In this document: one piece after another, positions 18,057 through 27,864 of the stretch | Layout: the number at the start of each line of letters is the position of its first letter | How positions within the stretch are numbered: the first letter of the stretch is position 1 | Virus record (IMG/VR): IMGVR_UViG_3300020179_000005 | Location: 145,702 to 209,701 of that record | Length of the DNA stretch: 64,000 nucleotides | Strand: one strand, 5' to 3' | Notes under the pieces: generated by a model | What the model was told of the DNA's origin: nothing | The model's database searches: none | The model's input: only the letters and a program-made list of their open reading frames with translations | Made by a program: the position numbers and the translations under genes

Positions 18057-18590
18057 ATGACACAAATGTTAACGAAAATACATTCTGATGTAGTGAGTAC
18101 AATCGTAAGTTATTTCGACGAACATCTTGATCCACTATTGGTTACCGATGTATCTAGATATGCGCCTGGACGCAGAAGATTGTGGCTTCAGTACGAAGCG
18201 CCTCTTACTGCATCTAGACCATGGTTACCCGGACATAGAGACCAAAGAATATGGACTTATATACAGTCGATATGTCGACCTCATAAGTTCAGCCCTGACT
18301 TTGGTTTGGTGTCAAAGGGTGGTCAGATAGGCCCACATAGAGATGCATCAGCTTTGTGCGCCCATGCAATAAGTATTAACTTGGGTAGAGTTACTTGGTG
18401 CATGGGGGAAAAAGAACAGGTCGAAAAGATCGATCTTGTTGGAGGAGAGGTATTTTCCTTCAACAGTAAAAATGTTCATTGGGTTGAGAACGTAGATCCG
18501 CAACGTTGGGCTATCAACCTTTGGAATGTGTCCAATATTGAGACCCAGCGGTATCAGCAGATCAAGATTCAATACCCGTTATCTGAATAA
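18057..18590 (+). CDS. 2OG-Fe(II) oxygenase superfamily (AlkB-like) protein
   Basis: IGPHRD (HxD), ISINLG, VHWV (distal His), RWAINLW (Arg). Confidence 0.7.
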   Translation: MTQMLTKIHSDVVSTIVSYFDEHLDPLLVTDVSRYAPGRRRLWLQYEAPLTASRPWLPGHRDQRIWTYIQSICRPHKFSPDFGLVSKGGQIGPHRDASALCAHAISINLGRVTWCMGEKEQVEKIDLVGGEVFSFNSKNVHWVENVDPQRWAINLWNVSNIETQRYQQIKIQYPLSE

Positions 18591-18629
18591 TATTTTTAAC
18601 CGTAGCCTGAAGAGAGTGCCGTTCACCGG

Positions 18630-18970
18630 AGTGAATCATTGATTTCAATTTGTAACAAGATCTATGAATGAATCATCATTTGGGATTAGTATCATGTCTG
18701 AGGAATGAATCACAAACATTTAATGGTAACATGTAAAGCGAATGAATCATTTTCGCCGATTTGTAACAAACGCAGTAAATGAATCACTAACAACGATTTT
18801 GAACATGATGCACGAATGAATTATAGTCATTGATTTGTAACAATTACTGGGAATGAATCATCAGGATGAATTCGTAGCAAACCACCTGAATGAATCACAC
18901 ATCGAAACATGTATCATTAGGTAGAAATGAATCAACACCTTTGATTGTAACACGTACGAAAAATGAACCA
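18630..18970 (+). repeat. TIGR-like tandem dual-spacer guide-RNA array (9 full units)
   Basis: Edge repeat AATGAATCA has TGAATCA starts at 18632, 18669, 18706, 18743, 18780, 18817, 18854, 18891, 18928 and 18964. Each unit is edge(9) + spacer A(9) + loop repeat ATTTGTAACA-like(10) + spacer B(9). Confidence 0.9.
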
Positions 18971-19045
18971 TTTCAAATAAAAGGATCGGAACGAGTGGAC
19001 CCATACCACCCATTCCGACCCTACCAACCACAAAGGAGTCACAAA

Positions 19046-19426
19046 GTGACGACTACAGTATACACCAAAACATCCGACGTTGACAAAATGTTGGACGTTT
19101 TGCGGACTTTAATTTCTTCACCTAGAGTTGAGCCAACTATTATTGACTATCATCCTGAGTCACGTAAGGGAATAGTTTATAAGATTGGTAAATACACCAA
19201 AAAGACCGTAAACTACGTGAAAAGAACAGAGTCAAAAACAGGCGTTCTTGTTGCTACATGGGTAGTAGAAAGCATCGCTTATGCATTGACGTTCTTGGTA
19301 TTGTTGTCTTCCGGTGCAGTAGTTACTGCTGCATTGTGGACAGCTTTGTATGTTTATATTACTTATGCTTTCTTTGACATGCTCAAAGATTCTGTCGTAT
19401 TCAATAGTATAATCAAAGGATCGTAG
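19046..19426 (+). CDS. membrane protein (2 TM)
   Basis: AAGGAG SD before GTG 19046. The ORF-track start at 18890 lies inside the array. Confidence 0.65.
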   Translation: MTTTVYTKTSDVDKMLDVLRTLISSPRVEPTIIDYHPESRKGIVYKIGKYTKKTVNYVKRTESKTGVLVATWVVESIAYALTFLVLLSSGAVVTAALWTALYVYITYAFFDMLKDSVVFNSIIKGS

Positions 19427-19434
19427 AAAATATT

Positions 19435-20040
19435 ATGGCGATTAAGTATCCTTCTTTACAAGACTATGTAAATAGTCCAGAAGAAGAAATAAAAAATATC
19501 ACTAGTTCTTTTAGTGACCACGTTAAGCTAACTAACAATGCTGCTTATCGCCCTAGATTGGTATTTTTCGATTTCTTTGGAGACAAGATTTTTGGTATTG
19601 TGGCCAGATCTTATGTAGATGAAACGGATTTCAAGTCTTGCATTGCAGAGATGATGTATTCTTACAGTGCTGTGCATGCAGAAGCATGTGTGCTTGTGCT
19701 TGATTCTACGTATAAATCTAAAGATTCTAAAGATGTTAACAATTGTTTGCATTGTTATTTTGTGGGTGACAAATCGGCCGGCGTAGTCTTTCTTCCTTAC
19801 ACTTTGAACGACAAAGAAGTAGTTTGGGACACTGCCCAACAAAGTTCAAAGGAGATAGATCTAAAGGATCACGACGGAGTTACTCAGGAGATGATAGAAT
19901 TGCTTTATGCTTATACACATCTTGATAAACCTCCGTTCAGTATAAATGATTTGTTATCGTACTATACATCAATGCATTATCAATTTAGATCATTTAAGAA
20001 TATGAATATAACGTATATTGATTACAGTAAGAGTAAATGA
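19435..20040 (+). CDS. hypothetical protein
   Basis: 201-aa ORF. Confidence 0.7.
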   Translation: MAIKYPSLQDYVNSPEEEIKNITSSFSDHVKLTNNAAYRPRLVFFDFFGDKIFGIVARSYVDETDFKSCIAEMMYSYSAVHAEACVLVLDSTYKSKDSKDVNNCLHCYFVGDKSAGVVFLPYTLNDKEVVWDTAQQSSKEIDLKDHDGVTQEMIELLYAYTHLDKPPFSINDLLSYYTSMHYQFRSFKNMNITYIDYSKSK

Positions 20041-20213
20041 AAATATGCAAAAAAACAAACAAAATATAAAAACAGAAAAAGAATATATAACATTAAAAGA
20101 CAAAACCGTAGTTTATTATGTTAAGATCGACACTGTTTCTGACGAACAAGTAGAAGACATGATGACCGAGTCTGTGTCGTACGAATATCAAGAGTCATAT
20201 AGTTAGGAGAGTT

Positions 20214-21902
20214 GTGACTATACAACTTAGACCATATCAACAGGAAGCGCTAGATGCAATAGTCAATAATATTGACAAGAATATTTTTAGACAGCTGATA
20301 GTTCTTCCGACTGGTTCAGGTAAAACAGTTGTATTTAGTCATCTACCCCAAACTATACCCGATGCTTTACCGATGCTCGTTCTTGCCCACAGAGGTGAAC
20401 TTCTAGAACAGGCCAAGGACAAAATTTTATGGTCCAATCCTGATCTGGATGTTCAAACAGAAAAAGCAGAACAAACTGCAGAACTCTGTGACGTTGTAGT
20501 TGCTTCTGTGCAAACTCTTGGTAGGTCAGATTCTAACAGAATAAATAAATTTTCTAAAAATTATTTTAAGACTATAGTCGTGGACGAAGCACATCATGCT
20601 GCAGCCACAACGTACAGAAGAATATTGGATTATTTTGATCCCAATCTTCTTTTGGGCGTTACCGCTACACCACAACGAAGTGATTCGGTAAGATTGACAG
20701 ATGTTTTCGACGAGATAGTTTACTATAAAAATATTCTTGATTTAATTCAAGAAGGATATCTTTGTAGGTTAGTAGGTTATAGAATAAACACAGACACTGA
20801 CATTTCGGAAGTGGAGACAACAAATGGCGATTATATCGCGTCTCAATTGGAAGATACTATCAATAATCCTTACCGTAACAATCTTGTTGTTAAGTCTTAT
20901 CTGGAGATTGCAAAAGATAAAAAAGCCCTCGTATTTGCCGCTGGAGTACAGCACGCAAAAGACCTGGCCGCATCCTTTGCGAGACAAGGGACACCTGTAC
21001 GAGTAGTTCTTGGCGACACTCCAGACGAACAAAGACAATCTACTTTCAATGATTTTCGTTCTGGAAAAATAAAAGTAGTCGTCAATGTGGGTGTATTAAC
21101 CGAGGGCTTTGACGAGCCTTCTGTAGAGGTCGTTATATTGGCTAGACCAACACGATCATCATTGTTGTACACTCAGATAGTCGGTCGTGGAACCCGTCTA
21201 TTTGAGGGAAAAAACAATTGCATGATCATAGACGTAGCCGATACCACGAAAGGCAAAAAGCCTTTGGGTCTCCCCACATTGTTGGGCATGCCGCCAGATT
21301 TTGACCTGCAAGGTCAAGATTTGGTCGATGTTGCCAACAAGTACAAGGAACTGGAAGCCTACTGCCCAGGAGAGGCCGTTAGGGTGCTTAAACCACAGGA
21401 CATTGATTTAGCGTACAAGAGAATTGATTTGTTCATGCCGCCACCACCTAATCAGTTCATATTACAATATTCAACTTTTGTTTGGGCTGAAACTGCACAG
21501 GATGAATACAGATTGGGCATTGGAAACAACGAATCTTTAAAGATACACACAGACACTCTTGGAAGATTGTCTGTTGTGCACATACAAAAAGTTGGGTTCA
21601 ATACTGTTCCTAATGAGACCGTATTAGGATACCCAGCTGATATTAGGGAAGCTTTTGCAAGAAGCGACAGGTGGGTCATAAACAATAGATCTTCCAGCGT
21701 AAATTTAATTGATAATCAATCTGTTTGGAGACATGATGAACCAACTGACAAGCAGAAAAGGTTGCTCAAAAGAATTGGTGTACCTTTGACTGCAGATATG
21801 ACCAAAGGTATTGCAAGCAACATCATAACAAAGTATTATGAAGCTAATCCCAAACCGAAATGGCTTGAAAACAAAATAGCTTCAAATAAGAAATGGAAGT
21901 AA
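20214..21902 (+). CDS. superfamily 2 DEAH/ResIII-like helicase
   Basis: LRPYQ, LPTGSGKT, DEAHH, TATP, NVGVLTEGFD, QIVGRGTR. Confidence 0.93.
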   Translation: MTIQLRPYQQEALDAIVNNIDKNIFRQLIVLPTGSGKTVVFSHLPQTIPDALPMLVLAHRGELLEQAKDKILWSNPDLDVQTEKAEQTAELCDVVVASVQTLGRSDSNRINKFSKNYFKTIVVDEAHHAAATTYRRILDYFDPNLLLGVTATPQRSDSVRLTDVFDEIVYYKNILDLIQEGYLCRLVGYRINTDTDISEVETTNGDYIASQLEDTINNPYRNNLVVKSYLEIAKDKKALVFAAGVQHAKDLAASFARQGTPVRVVLGDTPDEQRQSTFNDFRSGKIKVVVNVGVLTEGFDEPSVEVVILARPTRSSLLYTQIVGRGTRLFEGKNNCMIIDVADTTKGKKPLGLPTLLGMPPDFDLQGQDLVDVANKYKELEAYCPGEAVRVLKPQDIDLAYKRIDLFMPPPPNQFILQYSTFVWAETAQDEYRLGIGNNESLKIHTDTLGRLSVVHIQKVGFNTVPNETVLGYPADIREAFARSDRWVINNRSSSVNLIDNQSVWRHDEPTDKQKRLLKRIGVPLTADMTKGIASNIITKYYEANPKPKWLENKIASNKKWK

Positions 21903-21912
21903 ATATGCTATA

Positions 21913-22386
21913 ATGGTTATTACTATGTATGTTTCAAAATATTTAGTAAACCATTTCAGCATTACTCCAGAAAATTTTCCGTCTGTAAAAAAAGACGCTG
22001 AACGAAGAATAAAGTCTTTGTACATACCTGTTGGTTCAAAAGAACCAAAGATATGTTTTAATACCCCCGATGGTGTCAAATCGGAGGTATTTAAACAGCA
22101 AGTTTCTTCTCTTTTGTTGATACCATTGCACCCATATTATCATATGTATGTTGTTACTGATTTTGCGGTTCATCATCATAATGTAAATTTTGTTGCAACG
22201 TGTTTGTACAGATCATGCACTTTGGCGATGCTTGGATTTCTTTCTACTAACGTGATATCTGGTGATGTGCTTGTATTCGGTTCAGCAAGTGCTCTTGATC
22301 AGCAGAATCATGAGGTAGATTATTCTGTTCCATACGAGCTTGTTGAACAAATATCAAGATACTACGACCAGAAAATGATAGTATGA
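21913..22386 (+). CDS. hypothetical protein
   Basis: 157-aa ORF. Confidence 0.6.
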   Translation: MVITMYVSKYLVNHFSITPENFPSVKKDAERRIKSLYIPVGSKEPKICFNTPDGVKSEVFKQQVSSLLLIPLHPYYHMYVVTDFAVHHHNVNFVATCLYRSCTLAMLGFLSTNVISGDVLVFGSASALDQQNHEVDYSVPYELVEQISRYYDQKMIV

Positions 22387-22553
22387 AGTCCAAATATTCG
22401 CCACCTTCTAAATTGAAATGTTATGATTGCAACGTTTATTCTAATCAAGTAAGTTATAAGAAAAAGTTTGATCTTAAACTTTGCGTTTCCTGTTATATTA
22501 ACAGAGAAATAAAAAGTTTGGGCAATAAATAAGGTTATACAGAAAGGATATAT

Positions 22554-22784
22554 ATGTCATTAAGTATTATGATTGGTTCAGAAGCAGAAGATTATAAGAA
22601 TATTAAGAATACTATAGTTTTTCTGGAAGCCGTCAAGGAATTGAAACCTCTTGGGCTTATAGATGACGAACGGTTCGAAGAATTGGAATATCTGATTACT
22701 TGGTACCAGTCTATGTACGACGTCTTGACCAATCCCTTGGTTTCGTCTGAACAGCTTTACGATCCAAGTGAGTTGGTCAAATAG
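22554..22784 (+). CDS. hypothetical protein
   Basis: AAGGA SD; ORF. Confidence 0.6.
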   Translation: MSLSIMIGSEAEDYKNIKNTIVFLEAVKELKPLGLIDDERFEELEYLITWYQSMYDVLTNPLVSSEQLYDPSELVK

Positions 22785-22790
22785 TTCTAT

Positions 22791-22876
22791 GCCCAGGTGG
22801 CGGAACAGGCAGACGCAAGGGGCTTAAACCCCCTCGACTAGAGATAGTCGTACGGGTTCAATTCCCGTCTTGGGCA
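22791..22876 (+). tRNA. trnL: tRNA-Leu(UAA)
   Basis: GCCCAGG/CTTGGGC acceptor, anticodon TAA, long variable arm CGACTA..TAGTCG. Confidence 0.92.
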
Positions 22877-22897
22877 CATATTGGTTAGGGAGGTGTT

Positions 22898-23224
22898 ATG
22901 CCAGAAACGTTTGATCAAGATTATTCTTGGATAGAAAGTGCAGCATGCAAAGGCATGACACACTTATTTTTTGGGCATGTATCTGAGCGTCCACAAGCTG
23001 CTCATAGGCGCGAAGAAAAGGCTCGTAAAATATGCAATAACTGCGATGTTTTTGAGCAGTGCAGAAACTATGCCCGCTCGAACAGAGAGCATGGTTTTTG
23101 GGCTGGCGAAAATGAATACGACAGATCTTTACTTGGATTTGGTCCACCGAACATAAAGCTCCGTCGTTCAACTGTTTATCGCAGAGCAGCCAACACCATT
23201 GAAGGTGAAGATATTGGCGAGTAG
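22898..23224 (+). CDS. whiB: WhiB family transcription regulator
   Basis: WIESAACKG..LFF..KARKICNNCDVFEQC..GFWAG: four Cys plus the G(V/F)W(G/A)G motif. Confidence 0.9.
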   Translation: MPETFDQDYSWIESAACKGMTHLFFGHVSERPQAAHRREEKARKICNNCDVFEQCRNYARSNREHGFWAGENEYDRSLLGFGPPNIKLRRSTVYRRAANTIEGEDIGE

Positions 23225-23287
23225 CTCAGTTGGCAGAGCAAGGGACTGTTAATCCCTGGGTCGCAGGTTCGAGCCCTGCCTCGCCAG
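23215..23287 (+). tRNA. trnN: tRNA-Asn(GUU)
   Basis: TGGCGAG/CTCGCCA acceptor, anticodon GTT. Confidence 0.92.
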
Positions 23288-23324
23288 CACGGTTTATACG
23301 CATAATATTTATGAAAGGAATATT

Positions 23325-24737
23325 ATGAAGAAGATTTTTATTTCACTTATTGTTTTGGCATTAATGCCTTTGTTTGTTTTTTCGAACACAACAAGTGTCA
23401 AAGCAGATACATTACAGGCGTTAGGGCCAGTTAAGTTCAGAATGAATCTTACAAGAAGTTTGTCGCAGATTGGTGCTGTCAAGGCTCATCAGAATCTACA
23501 CAAAGGCAATGGGTCTTTTGTGGTCGTTATAGATTCAGGCGTAGATGTTCAATCTTCATTTTTGTCCAACAAGGTGGCGTTGGAAGCATGTTTTGCAGTA
23601 GCCTGTCCAAATGGTACAACCAAAATGATTGGACAGGGAGCCGCAAAGCCGGTTCACTGGCATGGTACTCATGTGGCAGGAATCGTCGCCGGTTCCAACG
23701 CCAACATGTCAGGAGTCGCACCAGAAGCAAAGATAATTGCAGTAAATATCTTTGACAGATACGGATCTACGTTTGACGGCAATATCATTGCTGCATTGCG
23801 GTGGGTTGATTCGATATCATCCGAATACAACATTGCTGCAGTAAACATGTCTCTTGGCACGACGATGGTATTTAAATCATCTTGCAATAGCTATATTCCA
23901 GATCTTACAAGTATTATCTCTAAACTTAAGTCAAAAAATATTGCCACAGTTGTGTCAGCAGGAAACGCTTATTCTCACGGAATGAGTTCTCCTGCATGCA
24001 TAACCGACACTATCAGTGTAGCTGCAACCTATTATAATAGGGACGAAGTAACTAAGTTTTCCAATGTTCATGAAGATACAGATTTTTCCGCTCCTGGAGA
24101 TAATATATATTCTTCAGAATTGAACGGTTCTTACAGAACTGCTTCAGGTACTTCCATGGCAGCTCCTCACGTTGCTGGTGCTTACGCAGTATACAGATCC
24201 AAGTACGGAGTACAGTCTGTAGACAAAGTAACACAAGACTTTAAGGATAGTTCAATGCCTGCAATAGATGATTTTACATCCATCGTCACAAAAAGAATAG
24301 ACCTTGGATATTTGTTTGGTGACGGTCAAATGCCTTCACCCACAACTACAACAACAACGGTTTTGCGTCCGCCAGTAACCACTATCAAGCCTCCTGTTAC
24401 AACTACAACGGTTGTTGCGCCGGCTCCTCCTGAAGGAGACACTGAGTTTGTTTTGACCGTTCCTGAAATATTGGGCATATACAAAGATGTACACGGAAAA
24501 GATTATCTGTATCTTGATTTCAAGTATACTGGTAAAACAGATCTTCTTTCTGCATACTTATTTGATTGTTCATATTCTGGGTCAAACAATGTTTCAAGAT
24601 CTATTCGTAATAGAGGTCATAGATTAAATTATTTTTACGTTGCTATACCAGTATCTAACATTGATTCATGCAGAATTGCTGCTGTTTCAAAGTCTGGTGT
24701 TGTAGGTCAGTATACTGATTATTTCAAGTTAAAATAA
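23325..24737 (+). CDS. secreted S8 subtilisin-like serine protease with Thr/Pro linker
   Basis: Signal peptide; VIDSG, HGTHVAG, GTSMAAPHVAG catalytic triad motifs. Confidence 0.93.
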   Translation: MKKIFISLIVLALMPLFVFSNTTSVKADTLQALGPVKFRMNLTRSLSQIGAVKAHQNLHKGNGSFVVVIDSGVDVQSSFLSNKVALEACFAVACPNGTTKMIGQGAAKPVHWHGTHVAGIVAGSNANMSGVAPEAKIIAVNIFDRYGSTFDGNIIAALRWVDSISSEYNIAAVNMSLGTTMVFKSSCNSYIPDLTSIISKLKSKNIATVVSAGNAYSHGMSSPACITDTISVAATYYNRDEVTKFSNVHEDTDFSAPGDNIYSSELNGSYRTASGTSMAAPHVAGAYAVYRSKYGVQSVDKVTQDFKDSSMPAIDDFTSIVTKRIDLGYLFGDGQMPSPTTTTTTVLRPPVTTIKPPVTTTTVVAPAPPEGDTEFVLTVPEILGIYKDVHGKDYLYLDFKYTGKTDLLSAYLFDCSYSGSNNVSRSIRNRGHRLNYFYVAIPVSNIDSCRIAAVSKSGVVGQYTDYFKLK

Positions 24738-24768
24738 TGCCTTATCTCATCAAGAAAGGAAATATAAA

Positions 24769-25425
24769 ATGAAAGCAATTATTAATGGAATTGAGTTTGA
24801 AGGAACTCCTGAAGAATTTGTCAAGCTTATTGGCAAACATGATTCTTCAGTTTCTTCAAAGGGTTCTGAGGTTTATGTTTTTGATCCCAAAAGATTGAAC
24901 GGGAGTTCAAAGCCAAAGAGCAAAGATGATGCCAAGAGTGAATCCAAGGTAGTCGCAGAAGTAATGGAGACGTACTTAAGCGGCACTGCAGAGTTCCTTG
25001 CGGCACTTTATCGTTATCGTCCAAAGTTCGGTGGCGCATCCTATGCATTCCAGTTGTTTGCAACCGGTAAAGCATTTACCGTCAGATCTTTGGCTCAGAA
25101 GGCCGGTGTATCTTACGACGCGGTTTATGAGGTATTGCAAAGATCATTCAATGCAGGATGCAAAATCGGCATTGACAACAACCATGTTGCACCAGGTACA
25201 CTACAAAGATCAAAAAAGACTTTGTCTGTTTCCGGTAGCAAAGATGATACAATTTCAATTGCTTTGGAAACCAAGATTAGGTTGGTTTCTTTGGGTACGG
25301 TAGAACAAGCAAAAGTTGCCGCTGACAATACGCGTGTTGCTTTTCGAAAGAACAAAGACTCTAAGACCAAGGCAGTCGTTGTTTCAACAGGTTCACCACC
25401 CGTAACCAAGATAGTCTACAACTGA
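24769..25425 (+). CDS. hypothetical protein with possible HTH
   Basis: FTVRSLAQKAGVSYDAVYEVL. Confidence 0.6.
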   Translation: MKAIINGIEFEGTPEEFVKLIGKHDSSVSSKGSEVYVFDPKRLNGSSKPKSKDDAKSESKVVAEVMETYLSGTAEFLAALYRYRPKFGGASYAFQLFATGKAFTVRSLAQKAGVSYDAVYEVLQRSFNAGCKIGIDNNHVAPGTLQRSKKTLSVSGSKDDTISIALETKIRLVSLGTVEQAKVAADNTRVAFRKNKDSKTKAVVVSTGSPPVTKIVYN

Positions 25426-25432
25426 TTAGATC

Positions 25433-25505
25433 GCGCCTTTAGCTCAGTTGGTAGAGTAACGGACTTTTAATCCGCTGGTCGCGGGTTCGATCCCCGCAGG
25501 GCGCA
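25433..25505 (+). tRNA. trnK: tRNA-Lys(UUU)
   Basis: GCGCCTT/AGGGCGC acceptor, anticodon TTT. Confidence 0.92.
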
Positions 25506-25593
25506 CGGTCCAGCATTAAAAAGTTTGTTTGAAATAAAAGTATGCAGTGACGTACATTTCAAACTAATCAAACAAAAAGTAGGAGGAATTTTT

Positions 25594-25947
25594 ATGCCAC
25601 CATTGAAGAAGAATAAGGTCGTCAAGGAAGAAAAAACGACTTTGGAACAAAAGGTACAAGCAGCAATAAATTCCAGTAGTTATTGTATGATTCCCCATCT
25701 GTATGCAGATTATGTCACCGTTCGTAATCCAATTACCGGAAAGGATCATCATCTGAAGACAGACAGTGAAGTTTTTCTTGAAATGGTTTGGGATTTGACC
25801 CAAAGAGGGATGAAAGAAAAGATTTTAAAGGATCTTACGGCTTTTTCTGATTTGTATGATCCTAAATGGACAAAGATCATAGATCTTGTAAATGGTTATA
25901 TCAAAGGCAAGGAAACTGCTAATGTCGAAAAAGTCGAAAGCACTTAG
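25594..25947 (+). CDS. hypothetical protein
   Basis: AGGAGG SD before ATG 25594. Confidence 0.65.
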   Translation: MPPLKKNKVVKEEKTTLEQKVQAAINSSSYCMIPHLYADYVTVRNPITGKDHHLKTDSEVFLEMVWDLTQRGMKEKILKDLTAFSDLYDPKWTKIIDLVNGYIKGKETANVEKVEST

Positions 25948-26293
25948 ACCTTTTGTAGAGTCCGGCTCTATGAGCGACGTATTGTTGCATTTCATTTATA
26001 TGTATAGTAGGACCACTGCGTATACAGATCCTACGTCTAGTGAGCTCTATACAATAAATGCTGCAAGATATAAAAAGAAAGACAATTTAGAAAGAGCTCT
26101 GTCTAGATTGTTAAAAATGAAACTAGTGAACTTCTATTCTCACGCTGACGGTAAACGATATTTCATTACCGATCGTGGTATAGATTGCGTGTATAGACTT
26201 GCGGCTCTTAGAAAAAGAAGAGAGATTAAACATAAGCGGGATGCTGGTATAAACAGCACTAATTTTAAGTATGGTTATGATGAACTTTTATAG
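25922..26293 (+). CDS. winged-helix DNA-binding protein
   Basis: LERALSRLLKMKLV...RYFITDRG wHTH pattern. Confidence 0.6.
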   Translation: MSKKSKALRPFVESGSMSDVLLHFIYMYSRTTAYTDPTSSELYTINAARYKKKDNLERALSRLLKMKLVNFYSHADGKRYFITDRGIDCVYRLAALRKRREIKHKRDAGINSTNFKYGYDELL

Positions 26294-26365
26294 GGGCCGG
26301 TAGCTCAGTGGCAGAGTGTCACCTTTACATGGTGAGTGTCGGGGGTTCGATTCCCTCTCGGCTCA
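26294..26365 (+). tRNA. trnV: tRNA-Val(UAC)
   Basis: GGGCCGG/TCGGCTC acceptor, anticodon TAC. Confidence 0.9.
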
Positions 26366-26373
26366 CGACATAC

Positions 26374-26446
26374 GGGCCGTTAGCTCAGTGGTTAGAGCGT
26401 GGCACTCATAATGCCTTGGTCGTAGGTTCGATCCCTACACGGCCCA
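26374..26446 (+). tRNA. tRNA with CAU anticodon (Ile2-like or Met)
   Basis: GGGCCGT/ACGGCCC acceptor, loop CTCATAA. The fully paired 1:72 argues against fMet. Confidence 0.88.
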
Positions 26447-26653
26447 CCGAAACAGTAGCGTTAAGTATCCCGAAACGGTAGTGTTAAATATGACAGATAT
26501 GATTATCAGCAACATAGGTTATGGTTTATTTGTATGTTTGCTTGCGATTAGAATTTATGTAGGTATTAATTTTCTTGATAAAGAATCAAGAACATGTGAA
26601 GTTTGCGGAGTTGATCATGATTCATGAACCATATTAGACAAGGAGTGCAAATA

Positions 26654-26902
26654 ATGGCGAAAGCAAAGAAGCGCAAGGCCAAAGCAAGACCCCGCGCTAA
26701 ACGCGCAAAGACGACGAGTGGGGAGCGGTTCCGCGCCAAAATCGCTGCGCTTTGTAAGAACTATTTGATTGACGAAGATGGCGATGGACAAATTATTATC
26801 TACACGGGTTTGATGGACGATGGAAATGACAACTATGTGTTGTTTGATGATGAGTCGGAGATGGCTTGGAAAGATGGCGCTCAATACTGGCCTGGTTCGT
26901 GA
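26654..26902 (+). CDS. hypothetical protein, basic N-terminus and acidic C-terminus
   Basis: AGGAG SD. Confidence 0.6.
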   Translation: MAKAKKRKAKARPRAKRAKTTSGERFRAKIAALCKNYLIDEDGDGQIIIYTGLMDDGNDNYVLFDDESEMAWKDGAQYWPGS

Positions 26903-27103
26903 CGTTTCTTAAAAGACAGCAAATGAGTATGTTTGATACATGATTCATCAGATTACAAGGAGTACCATGGAAATGCCAATGAAAAACGAATATAAATATG
27001 TTAAAAAGTATCGTACATTTGGAAAGTACTTGTTAGCAAGTGGTGTAGTATTGTACTTTATATTTATGGGTGCTTTCTTTAGTTCTTGCATAGGCAATAA
27101 CCT

Positions 27104-27388
27104 ATGATGCATGATCCTTCAGATTACAAAGCGTCAATAGTTTTGACATATCAGCAGATGTGGGAAGTGTCTAAGGCCATATCCGCTCGGATAGCTGATT
27201 GGGTAGGGGCTGGAGTTTTGTCTGAAAAAGATTTAGAAATAGGTTGGTTGACTCAAGTCCAACAAATTTTAGAACCACATATCAGCTATGCGGTGGACCA
27301 ATGGGAAAGCGAATTAGTTGATAGAGAAATTTTTGATTTGGATCAAGCTATAAATAAAATGTTAGAAGAAGACGGCAGTGATAGCTGA
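27104..27388 (+). CDS. hypothetical protein
   Basis: ORF. Confidence 0.6.
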   Translation: MMHDPSDYKASIVLTYQQMWEVSKAISARIADWVGAGVLSEKDLEIGWLTQVQQILEPHISYAVDQWESELVDREIFDLDQAINKMLEEDGSDS

Positions 27389-27612
27389 TCATCATAATAT
27401 ATTAGACACCACGGGAATAGATATATTTTTTGTGGTAACGATTATATTATGCGCTATAATAGGATTTTATGTTAAGCGTTTAATAGACAAGGAGGATCAA
27501 TAATGATCGTTGAATCTATTTTTGGTTTGATAATTCTTGTTCTTCTTGGTCTAATGTTTGCTATAACCGTAAAATCATATGTTCAGGAAGAGAAAGATGA
27601 AAGAGATTACAA

Positions 27613-27864
27613 ATGAACAATCATGCACATCATCCAATAGTTTGGGATCACGAGCTTGGTGCTTATGTTTACAAGGGTGAGTCGTACAGTGGTCCAAGCA
27701 CAAAGAAGAATCAAAGAGTTGCCTCTGCCTATTCTTTGGAGCATTATAAGGTTCGTCAGTTAGAACTTATAGCCCAAGCTTTAGAGGGCCAAAAGGTCGT
27801 AAATGACTTAATGAGAAAACAATTAACTATACAGAATTATCGAACAGCTTATTTTGCTGAATGA
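27613..27864 (+). CDS. hypothetical protein
   Basis: ORF in a coupled run. Confidence 0.55.
   Translation: MNNHAHHPIVWDHELGAYVYKGESYSGPSTKKNQRVASAYSLEHYKVRQLELIAQALEGQKVVNDLMRKQLTIQNYRTAYFAE

Noticed and set aside
18630-18970. CRISPR array
   Set aside because: The conserved blocks are only 9-10 nt, two alternate per unit, the spacers are 9 nt, and there are no cas genes. It fits dual-spacer TIGR architecture instead.
18890-19045. N-terminal 52 codons of ORF 18890-19426
   Set aside because: They overlap the array. A GTG at 19046 with an AAGGAG SD is the more plausible start.
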